In this document: piece after piece, positions 16,437 to 24,573 of the stretch
Layout of the letters: every line of letters starts with the position of its first letter
Numbering within the stretch: the first letter of the stretch is position 1
The notes under the pieces: generated by a model
What the model saw: the letters and a program-made list of their open reading frames with translations, nothing else
Databases searched by the model: none
What the model was told of the DNA's origin: nothing
From: Alphaproteobacteria bacterium
GTDB lineage: Bacteria > Pseudomonadota > Alphaproteobacteria > Caedimonadales > UBA1908
Direction of reading: 5' to 3'
NCBI GenBank assembly: GCA_021298595.1
Contig: JAJTHL010000015.1
Span: 22,299-86,298, forward strand
Length of the DNA: 64,000 bases
Made by a program: the position numbers and the translations under genes

Positions 16437-18227
16437 ATGCGTTTTTTCATGAGACCCGTGATTTTGTTTGTCTACCTTCTTTCCACACCGGCACTTTGTC
16501 TTGCAAGCCTTAACGGGGATCAAAATGACGGCCCAGAATCAAAAACACCGTCAGGTTTGTTAAGATCCGTGAGCGCTGCGCCTCTTCCCGAAGAGTTAAC
16601 AGCGCTGCCCGCCACCTCTCAATCTTCTCTAGGGGTAATGGGCGGGATCAAACTGTTTTTTACAAGCCTTTTTGAACCGTTCATTGATGATCAAGCGCAG
16701 GCTTTTTACCATACACAATTGGAGGCTATGCAACATCAAGGGGTTTTGGGATATGGGAAAGACCTTGTGATGACCCAAGCACAGTGGGCCAAAGACCATC
16801 CCATGGACGCGGTCCTGGATACGGTGAGTTTATCCGGTGCCGTTATTCTTGGTCACACCAATATTGCAGCCACCTATCCTCAGCTTTTAACGGCTTACCA
16901 AACCCTCGGGATCGCAAGACCTGTTGCGGCCGTTTTTAATGATCTTCCCTCGCAGGACGCTCGCAAATGGCTGCCACGCTTGTTGGAAGCAAGCGCCTAT
17001 TCGGTCACCCTTTATCTAGTCTCACAACTCCCCATGGGGGCTGAGGCTGCTTCTTTTAATAGTTACGCAGACGCAAGACGTACTTATAGCGGGTATGGGT
17101 GTCCCATTGATCAACAAATTGTTTCAGATGCAACCGATGTGGGACGCTGCTTGGCAGAGCCTGGAAGCACATTGGAAATATGCCAAACAAGACTGCCAAA
17201 CTATCCAGGACTTGAAAAAGATCTCTATGTTTTTACACGCCACCCGCATGTCACAAACCCCTCCCTTGATCCCGTCTCCGTGACACGTCTTGATTTGAAT
17301 CAGACCTGTATCCAGTCTGCTCTTAGCCCTAATACTCCTGTTACACAAATTTGCTATAAAGGGGAACTTATCCCAACGTCAGCCTTCAAAGTCACGCGCC
17401 TTAATGACCTGACGTTAAGTCAGGGGCATGAAGGGTTAGAATCTGGTGAAAGCGCACGGCACCTTGGCATTCGTCATGGCGGTTATGGATGTGGTCTTTT
17501 TAATAAAGCGCAAACCACCTATGACCTAGGGAAACAACCCCTTTGTTTTAAAAGTGCCACAGAAACAGGGGGGCCTGTGACTCAACTTTGTGTTGACCCA
17601 GCAAGACCAGAAGTGATGACGGTAAAGGAAGTACCTGCAGACACCTCCCTGATCTTTCCCGATGACGGCTCTCCTGCATTTCGGGTGATTATTCCAAGCC
17701 GCAAAAGTGGGATTGATATCCACCCCGATGACGGAAGAGCGCCGACGGTGCAGCTTCCGATTTTTGATCCCCTAACACAATGCGCATTAAATGGTACTCG
17801 TCCATACCACGAAGTTTGCATGGCTCTTCCTGATAGCAATGTCCGCGCCCTTCCTTTGAACAACCATGGGACGACCAGCGCGGTTTTAACCTTTGATCCT
17901 TTGACACAATGCGCGTTAAATGGCACTCGTCCACACCACGAAGTTTGTCCAGCTCTTTCAGACGTCGCCCCCTCCCTTCCTTTAAACAGCCATGGGGCAG
18001 ACGACTCTTTGACACAGTTTGGTCTGAGTGACGCACCGAATCTTGACACTGAGGAAGCAAGGACGCCGTCATCATTTTCTGACGCTGATCCCGAGGAGTT
18101 TGAGGACGAATTCGATTTAATCCAAGAGCTCTCGTCCCTTGCAACGCAAACAGCAAACCGATTTCAAGCCATTTACACTAAGTGGTCACACAGGAAGTGG
18201 TGGTTTCAGCGTCAAAAAACTCTCTAA
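16437..18227 (+). CDS. Secreted Cys-pair repeat protein (hypothetical)
   Basis: Signal peptide MRFFMRPVILFVYLLSTPALCLA. Repeated modules each carry two or three Cys (YGCP...C...C, LNQTC...ICY, YGCG...C...LC, PLTQC...VC x2). Acidic C-terminus DADPEEFEDEFD. Confidence 0.5.
   Translation: MRFFMRPVILFVYLLSTPALCLASLNGDQNDGPESKTPSGLLRSVSAAPLPEELTALPATSQSSLGVMGGIKLFFTSLFEPFIDDQAQAFYHTQLEAMQHQGVLGYGKDLVMTQAQWAKDHPMDAVLDTVSLSGAVILGHTNIAATYPQLLTAYQTLGIARPVAAVFNDLPSQDARKWLPRLLEASAYSVTLYLVSQLPMGAEAASFNSYADARRTYSGYGCPIDQQIVSDATDVGRCLAEPGSTLEICQTRLPNYPGLEKDLYVFTRHPHVTNPSLDPVSVTRLDLNQTCIQSALSPNTPVTQICYKGELIPTSAFKVTRLNDLTLSQGHEGLESGESARHLGIRHGGYGCGLFNKAQTTYDLGKQPLCFKSATETGGPVTQLCVDPARPEVMTVKEVPADTSLIFPDDGSPAFRVIIPSRKSGIDIHPDDGRAPTVQLPIFDPLTQCALNGTRPYHEVCMALPDSNVRALPLNNHGTTSAVLTFDPLTQCALNGTRPHHEVCPALSDVAPSLPLNSHGADDSLTQFGLSDAPNLDTEEARTPSSFSDADPEEFEDEFDLIQELSSLATQTANRFQAIYTKWSHRKWWFQRQKTL
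17763..17997 (+). repeat. Tandem in-frame duplication, period 129 bp (43 aa)
   Basis: FDPLTQCALNGTRP(Y/H)HEVC...LPLN(N/S)HG occurs twice, starting at 17763 and 17892. The 5' half of each unit shows high nucleotide identity. Confidence 0.8.
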
Positions 18228-18247
18228 ATCAATAAAATACTTCATTT

Positions 18248-18274
18248 ATGTCTGGGGCATCGCGCCCCAGACAT
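18248..18274 (+). terminator. Strong GC hairpin after the repeat-protein gene (terminator-like, no U tract)
   Basis: 11-bp perfect stem ATGTCTGGGGC / GCCCCAGACAT with a 5-nt loop, 20 nt after the stop. No T-run follows, so intrinsic termination is uncertain. Confidence 0.45.
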
Positions 18275-18441
18275 AGTCTTATCATCACATCTATACATCC
18301 TTAACCGGATTTCAGGATAAAGCTTGACGCCTTTTTGCACGTATTTTTTTGACAAAAGGGCATTGCTTTTTTTGTCAAAAATACCTATACCCATGGGACT
18401 ATGCTGTTCTTTTATTGTTTTTTGCCTTTAGAAAGTGCCCC

Positions 18442-19845
18442 ATGAAGAAAATTAACCTGTTGTTAAAATTAAATAATTTCGCAGCTTATTTTTTGTTTTC
18501 ATTGGCGCTAGGACCCCTGGTCCAGGCTTCGCTCTTTAACCAGAGCGACGAGTTGACATTAACGCAGCCGCTTACGCTCCCAAAACCCGCACTCCCTAGC
18601 GAGTCCCCTGTGATGCATGCTTCTTCAAGTGCCGGTCAATTTGATGAGTATGGCCCTCAAAGGGAGCGATACAAAAAGCCACGTCTTGGTAAAAAGCATA
18701 AATCTCTCTTAATGCAGGAAAATACAGAAGAGGGGGACGACTCTGAATCATCGATGTCTTCCTTGGACGCCGCGACAGGCTCTTCCTCTAGCTCACAAGA
18801 TGAAGAGAATATACCCGTTGATTTTAATCTCGCTTCACTGCCGACCTTCTCTCCTCTTCGCCCGCAACCCGTTACATGCTTTAGCCCTTTCACGCCAAAA
18901 ACCCTTAGTGATTTCAAAAGAAAGCGCATAGATCCCGAAACTTATAAAGAAGCCGTTCTTTGCCTTTTTCAGTCTCCCCAACGCAGGCCTTTGTCTATAC
19001 CTCACACGTTGCCAACTGTGCGCAATGAGAAAATACAACAAGCCCTTTTGCAAAAAAAATTCTTTTATCAGCAAGCCCTCATCGAGGCTGGAAATGGCCA
19101 CAAGTTACGCAGCCAAACACCCTCGGATATCGTGGTTCACGGAAAGAGACGCCCAGCCCATGTTTTGACCCATCAGGTGAGCGTCGTGCAAGAGCCTCGC
19201 GAAACCCGCGAAGCGCGCATCGCCCGTGAGAAACAACAAACAAAGCTTATAAAGCAGGCGCGACAGCACCAGTTTGCCCTTACGAATCCCGACGCGGTCT
19301 CCAAGGAGAGCGCACAAATTTCCCTGTACATTTGCTATTTATCTTTGCGAAAGCAAAAAGTGGACCCCGACAACTTGCGAGACACCCTCATTCGCAAAGC
19401 AGAAATTGAAGACGTTGTAGACGACTTATTCAAAGATGAAAACGCCCCAGATCTTGAGGAAAACCAAGCGACCTATTGGCGGCTTGAGATTTCTGGCTAC
19501 GTTATTTTCATGCCGACATTTTTTGATTACACGACTAAGGATGCCTTCACAGGAGAAAGTGGATTAGACAGAATGAGACGTTTTCTTGCGCCCTTTGATC
19601 CCCATGGTGACTCGACCCACCTTCATCATGCGACCCTTTACGATAAGAAAACACATCATACGACCAGCTATTTAATCGCCATGAGTCACGCAGAGCACGA
19701 ATCTCATCATAGCGGGCTCCATTTTACAGACACCCATTACTGGATGCCAAAAGCCCCGGTGGACAGAAACCTCTTTGGGCACGCCAAAAAAGAAATCTAT
19801 CCTGCTGTGGCTGATTTTATCGAAAAGCGTCTGTCCCACCAATAG
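18442..19845 (+). CDS. Secreted protein with C-terminal HNH/EndoVII-like (LHH-type) putative nuclease domain
   Basis: Start set to ATG 18442 (MKKINLLLKL..., with signal-like FAAYFLFSLALGPLVQA). Ser/Asp/Glu-rich tract and basic clusters (KKPRLGKKHK, FKRKRID). The C-terminus DSTHLHHATLYDKK..SYLIAMSHAEHESHHSG resembles the sHH...H...H beta-beta-alpha-metal motif of LHH/WHH toxin nucleases. Confidence 0.4.
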   Translation: MKKINLLLKLNNFAAYFLFSLALGPLVQASLFNQSDELTLTQPLTLPKPALPSESPVMHASSSAGQFDEYGPQRERYKKPRLGKKHKSLLMQENTEEGDDSESSMSSLDAATGSSSSSQDEENIPVDFNLASLPTFSPLRPQPVTCFSPFTPKTLSDFKRKRIDPETYKEAVLCLFQSPQRRPLSIPHTLPTVRNEKIQQALLQKKFFYQQALIEAGNGHKLRSQTPSDIVVHGKRRPAHVLTHQVSVVQEPRETREARIAREKQQTKLIKQARQHQFALTNPDAVSKESAQISLYICYLSLRKQKVDPDNLRDTLIRKAEIEDVVDDLFKDENAPDLEENQATYWRLEISGYVIFMPTFFDYTTKDAFTGESGLDRMRRFLAPFDPHGDSTHLHHATLYDKKTHHTTSYLIAMSHAEHESHHSGLHFTDTHYWMPKAPVDRNLFGHAKKEIYPAVADFIEKRLSHQ

Positions 19846-19850
19846 GGTGC

Positions 19851-20420
19851 CTATTGAACAAAAAGCCTCAACTGATCTTTTACAAAGTCAGTAAGCGATG
19901 GCCATGACTCAGGCTGACCCGTGACTCCAGCCCGGTAAACACAATAAACGCCTTTCGTGTGACGGTCGTAGCAATAGTGGGCAAGCGTGTCTGGCACTTC
20001 CATCAAGGGGGTCAAGTGTCCAAAAGATTGCTGAGGTTTTTCGCACAAAGCGCTTTTTTGCCCCCTGTAAAAGGCACGCCAAATAGCGGGATAGCGCCCT
20101 TTCGGGTGAGCTAGCTCCACAATCTCCCATCGAAGATGCGCGCATTCTTTGAAAAAATCCTTGACCACTTCTGGCAACATGCAAGGTAGCGTTTTTTCCA
20201 AATTCGTAAGATCTTCATCGCTCACTAAGGGAATGCCATCCGGGTATGTGGACGTTTTCAAATGAGGGACTTTGTCGAGCAGCTGCCCGAGCGCCTGATC
20301 TGTGCGTAAGCCCACAGAAGGGAACCGAGAGAGTTTCTCTTCTTCTTGGCTTGCAAATACAACGTTAACGGTGAAGAGCATTCCTATCATGAGAACGCGT
20401 GCTATCCATATATTTTGCAT
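19851..20420 (-). CDS. SUKH/SMI1-KNR4-like protein (putative immunity protein) with N-terminal signal/anchor
   Basis: DEDLTNLEKTLPCMLPEVVKDFFKE (the i..lE..lg..LP..yk.f pattern). The C-terminal part is HYCYDRHTKGVYCVY...ESWPSLTDFVKDQL. The N-terminal hydrophobic segment is IARVLMIGMLFTVNVVFA. It is convergent with the putative nuclease gene, 5 nt stop-to-stop. Confidence 0.4.
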   Translation of the reverse strand: MQNIWIARVLMIGMLFTVNVVFASQEEEKLSRFPSVGLRTDQALGQLLDKVPHLKTSTYPDGIPLVSDEDLTNLEKTLPCMLPEVVKDFFKECAHLRWEIVELAHPKGRYPAIWRAFYRGQKSALCEKPQQSFGHLTPLMEVPDTLAHYCYDRHTKGVYCVYRAGVTGQPESWPSLTDFVKDQLRLFVQ

Positions 20421-20670
20421 TTAATTAAAATTTATGTAATGACCTGAACCCTTATACCCAGAATGTGACTCTTGTGCAACAATTTAATGCATTTTTTGCC
20501 ATATGAGCAATGACGCGTAAAAAAGCGCTCATTTGTGCCATATTGCTCCCTAAGCTGGTATCTTTATGACTAAAAAGTAGGAGCCCGCTAAAAATCAAAC
20601 AGTGCTTATGACCTTATCTTAAGATATTCAGCTGCTCATTCAGGTAGGCTTTAGGTAAAAAGGCAAATCT

Positions 20671-21726
20671 CTATTTTATTTCAACAGTGCGACCATAGAA
20701 TTTGCCGATGCCTCGAGCAAAGGCTTCATAAATAAGAGGTAGCTTCTTTTCTGTTCCCCCAGCTATGTCTTTTCTCATGTAGACCAAAAACTGTTGTGTT
20801 GTTTGTATGGGGATTTTGTAGGCGGGCGTGCCCGCAAGAACTTTAAGCGCCATCTCCCCAACGACGTTTCCTTGCTCGTAAGGTGATGCTCCCACGGAGA
20901 TATACGCGCCGTCTTCAGTTACGAACCCGTTACCTCCGACAACGGGAATTTTCGAGTTTTTCACGGTCCACTCCATCACTTCTCTTGGGGAAATAAACCG
21001 CTCGTCTCCTTTTTTGCGCACAAGCTGCCTATAGTTTGTGATGAATAAGATGTCAGCCCTATTTTCAATTTCTTTCACGGCCTCTTTCCATTCTTGAAAA
21101 TCTTCCACAAGAACAGAGTCCATCAGGTTAACTGGGGACCAGTTAAAGCCTAGGAGCTGCTTTTCATCAAGTCTGACGGTGCTTGACTGATCGCCAAGGT
21201 TAATAAATTTAATCTCCTCAGGCTTCTTTTTCGCGCCGATCAAATAGATAAATGTATCTCTCACTGCTGCAAAGGGTACGCGCTCTAAGATGCCTGTCAC
21301 ATTTCTCGTGTTAATATACCCATAGTCGTTGAGTTCGCCGTTAACACCCCCAAAAATAACGGTAATTCTGGGATCATCCACGTAGAATTTTGCAACAAAC
21401 TCCTGGGCGTCATCATCCATTGCAATAATAATTGAGGGCTGAAGTCGGGCAATCAAACGCCTCACCAGCACGCCCATTTTTTGTTTGTAACTGACTGTGG
21501 GGTGATTTTTTGTATTCATGTATTGCCAGTGCAGGGAAAAATCCGTGCGGTTCCCAAAGGCCCTGGCAAGACCATCATTGATGTTCGTCACCCAGGTATA
21601 ATCAGTTGCGTAGCTATGCAGAATGAGCACCCGAGGTTTTTGCGTATTAAAAAAAACAAAGTAAAAAATGACGCTCATCACGAACAAAAATTTTAAAAAG
21701 ATCGAGCCACGTGAAGATAGATCCAT
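20671..21726 (-). CDS. Membrane-anchored periplasmic binding protein homologue (ABC_sub_bind/PF04392-like)
   Basis: One N-terminal TM (IFLKFLFVMSVIFYFVFF) followed by VLILHSYATDYTWVTNINDGL, typical of this PBP-like family. Start set to the ATG overlapping the upstream TGA (TGATG at 21724-21728). Confidence 0.55.
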   Translation of the reverse strand: MDLSSRGSIFLKFLFVMSVIFYFVFFNTQKPRVLILHSYATDYTWVTNINDGLARAFGNRTDFSLHWQYMNTKNHPTVSYKQKMGVLVRRLIARLQPSIIIAMDDDAQEFVAKFYVDDPRITVIFGGVNGELNDYGYINTRNVTGILERVPFAAVRDTFIYLIGAKKKPEEIKFINLGDQSSTVRLDEKQLLGFNWSPVNLMDSVLVEDFQEWKEAVKEIENRADILFITNYRQLVRKKGDERFISPREVMEWTVKNSKIPVVGGNGFVTEDGAYISVGASPYEQGNVVGEMALKVLAGTPAYKIPIQTTQQFLVYMRKDIAGGTEKKLPLIYEAFARGIGKFYGRTVEIK

Positions 21727-23582
21727 CAGACAAGCCCTATGCTTTTCCAATGGGGAATCGCCACAAAAACCGCAATCACACGTGCCACATTCATGAGCAG
21801 GTTGAATCTTATAAATGATTCCTTATCAAAAAGTTCCTCTACCCCGCAGTGATCAATAAATGTCCCATATGGTGGATATTGGCGTGGAAAAAACCACATT
21901 TTTCCCCAAAAAAGGATAATAAAACTGACGACCCATGAGTTCACTTCGTATTGCTGCGCAATGGGCATGAAGAGGGTGGCTAAGATAATTACGGCAGGAC
22001 CATAGGGAACAATCAGTCGCACCACTAGGACAATCACTAAAAGAACAAACGCAAAAATACGAAAATCTTGTTTCAAATATTGTCCTGACCACTCAATATG
22101 CTTCAGAAGAAAAACACCAATCCCCAAATAATCCACGACTGCCATCACCCCAATAAGCCCTCCTAAGAGGATTAAGGAAGGCCAATCAATGGTTTTTTGA
22201 AAGTGGTCTCGGCTTAAAACGTTAAAGCTTGTCAAGGCAAATAAAACCATAAGACCGATGGACATGGGGCTAAGACGATGAAAACTAGAGGTCATGACTC
22301 CTACCGTGAACATCAAATAACAAACCAGGGCCATTTGCTCCCGAATGTTCTTCTTTCCCAAAAGAGCCGCTTGCTCCTGTATCCTGTCTCGGTTTATGGA
22401 GATCTTCTCGGACACGCCTCCCCAAAAGAGGATGCAAACCCCAAAAAAAAATGTCATGACAAGTCCTGGAACGGCCGCCGCCTGAAGCCAACCAAGCCAT
22501 TGAAATCGTTCCTGATCTTGTGCCCACAAAAGCCCTAAGATGATAAAGTTATGAAGCGAGCTACTCAAAAATATGGCGCTAAAGAGCATGGTACCGCTGT
22601 ATGCTGAAATGGCAAGACGTGTGGCGCCGTGACCACCGGGAACTAACTTTGCATGAAAGACAAAATCGCTGACAACAGAGCCCATAATCGAAGCACGGTG
22701 CACGGCGGCTGGGACCGTAGGCGTCAAAAACAGACCCATCACAAATGCCGTGATATTAAGCCAAAACTGGTTTTCAGGGATATATTTCAGAATGGATAGA
22801 AACGAGCGATAAATGATTCCGGAGTGTATAATTACGCTTCCAAGCCCATAGATGCTAAGCGCTGTAATAAATGTCTCGGAGGCAAACCCTCCTAATATTA
22901 ATTTTGAGGGGGCAATCCCCAAGGCGAGTACGGAGACAATTAAGAATATACCGGGAATATAGGCACTAACGGTTTCAAAGACCCACATACACAAGGCAAT
23001 GGAAAGAAGAGCCAAAAAAATGCGCGACGATTTATCAGGAAGGGCATTTTCGAGGAAAACCATGATGCACAGAGGCACAATAATCGTATAAAGCCATCCC
23101 AAAACCTCTGAAAAGGGAAGTGTCTGACGCGCGCGTTCTTCATAGGTCATACGTCGAGGGCGCGGCATTAGCTCTTTCCCGAAATACGTTTTAAAAAGAC
23201 TGTTCACAAATACATTTTCACACAGCATGTTCTCCCTAAACATGCCTTCCATGGCGTTATTAGGGATTTTGATCAGCGTTACGGGCTCTTTGACCACTGC
23301 GCGAGTGGCATAGGTGACAGCGTTTACACCCGCCTCTTGGCCAAAATAATGCCCCTTTGTGACAAGGACTGGAAGCTGCCTATCCCGCGTGTAAAGATAA
23401 ACAGATCCTTCTACAACGTAGTAAGAATATCCTGCGTCTGTAGAGGGCTCAAACACAATAAGATCCGCGTCCAACGTGACAACTTCTGCATGGGATAAAA
23501 GACGTGCACGCGCCTCTGGTGTGGCCTTGGCCACAACATCATCCGTACTCATGTAAAAGCGTAGCGCTTGTGAATCGTTCAT
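21726..23582 (-). CDS. Cyclic-nucleotide-binding domain fused to SLC13/DASS-like anion permease
   Basis: The N-terminal ~130 aa form a cNMP-binding beta-roll (YYVVEGSVYLY...GHYFGQEAG...ATRAVV...LIKIP). The C-terminal ~480 aa are polytopic with a duplicated hairpin-like organisation resembling SLC13/CitT-type permeases. Confidence 0.6.
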   Translation of the reverse strand: MNDSQALRFYMSTDDVVAKATPEARARLLSHAEVVTLDADLIVFEPSTDAGYSYYVVEGSVYLYTRDRQLPVLVTKGHYFGQEAGVNAVTYATRAVVKEPVTLIKIPNNAMEGMFRENMLCENVFVNSLFKTYFGKELMPRPRRMTYEERARQTLPFSEVLGWLYTIIVPLCIMVFLENALPDKSSRIFLALLSIALCMWVFETVSAYIPGIFLIVSVLALGIAPSKLILGGFASETFITALSIYGLGSVIIHSGIIYRSFLSILKYIPENQFWLNITAFVMGLFLTPTVPAAVHRASIMGSVVSDFVFHAKLVPGGHGATRLAISAYSGTMLFSAIFLSSSLHNFIILGLLWAQDQERFQWLGWLQAAAVPGLVMTFFFGVCILFWGGVSEKISINRDRIQEQAALLGKKNIREQMALVCYLMFTVGVMTSSFHRLSPMSIGLMVLFALTSFNVLSRDHFQKTIDWPSLILLGGLIGVMAVVDYLGIGVFLLKHIEWSGQYLKQDFRIFAFVLLVIVLVVRLIVPYGPAVIILATLFMPIAQQYEVNSWVVSFIILFWGKMWFFPRQYPPYGTFIDHCGVEELFDKESFIRFNLLMNVARVIAVFVAIPHWKSIGLV

Positions 23583-23658
23583 GAAGTGTATTTTTGTAAT
23601 CCCTGTTAATTTAAACTTAATGTAAAGCGATGTTTAATACAAGAGACGAGTCAAAAAG

Positions 23659-24573
23659 ATGTCCTTGAACATGCGGTGGTTATCAACTCTTAATGAAATT
23701 ATCGATTCCTATGACGCTTTTATCCTGGACATTTTTGGATTTGTCCACAATGGGCTCACATCATTTCCAGTTACAGGGCCATGGCTTGAAAAACTTCGTG
23801 AGAAAAAAAAGCGCGTTTTATTTGTGAGCAACTCTCCCCTTTTGTCGGACAGTGTGAGCAAAACACTGCTTAAATACGGTGTTGGTAAGAATCTTTATCA
23901 AGACTTGCTGACGGCCGGTGACGAAGCTTATCGTCACCTTTACGACCAACAAGATCCATGGCACGCACAGTTAGGCAAATCTTGCTATTTCATTGGTGAA
24001 AGTAAAATGGCTCAAAGCCTTCTCCACCCTCCATATAAGAAAGTGTCTTCTGTTCAAGAGGCTGATTTTATTCTGCTAGCAGCCCCTGACCAGACAGAAG
24101 ACGTTCTTCATGATTATCAAGATCTCTTTGAAGATGCCATTCATCTAAAACTACCCCTGATCTGCACAAATCCTGACCTTTATGTTTTTGAAGGAACAAC
24201 TCAGCACCTGCGTGCTGGCAGCTTTGCAGTTTTTTATGAAAAACTTGGTGGCCTTGTGCGTTATCACGGCAAGCCCTATGAAGGCATTTATCGGTATTTA
24301 GAAAAAAAATGGCCGGAGCTGGACGAGCAAAAGACCCTTTGCGTGGGAGACGCTTTTGACACCGATATTAAAGGGGCAAGGGCCATGGGATACGACAGTC
24401 TTTTGGTTGTCGGTCCCCTTTGCTTACATGAGCTGGGACTTGAGGTCACGCAACCTATCCTTGCCAAAGATTTGCAGGAAAAAATTACTACTCAAATGGC
24501 AAAAGAGTCTTATAATCCCACCTACGGCTTACTATTTGATGAGAGTGTGGCATGGACGTCTCCGTCCCGATGA
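23659..24573 (+). CDS. HAD-superfamily class IIA hydrolase (TIGR01459-like)
   Basis: YDAFILDIFGFVHNG, FVSNSP and GDAFDTDIKGA motifs. Confidence 0.7.
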   Translation: MSLNMRWLSTLNEIIDSYDAFILDIFGFVHNGLTSFPVTGPWLEKLREKKKRVLFVSNSPLLSDSVSKTLLKYGVGKNLYQDLLTAGDEAYRHLYDQQDPWHAQLGKSCYFIGESKMAQSLLHPPYKKVSSVQEADFILLAAPDQTEDVLHDYQDLFEDAIHLKLPLICTNPDLYVFEGTTQHLRAGSFAVFYEKLGGLVRYHGKPYEGIYRYLEKKWPELDEQKTLCVGDAFDTDIKGARAMGYDSLLVVGPLCLHELGLEVTQPILAKDLQEKITTQMAKESYNPTYGLLFDESVAWTSPSR

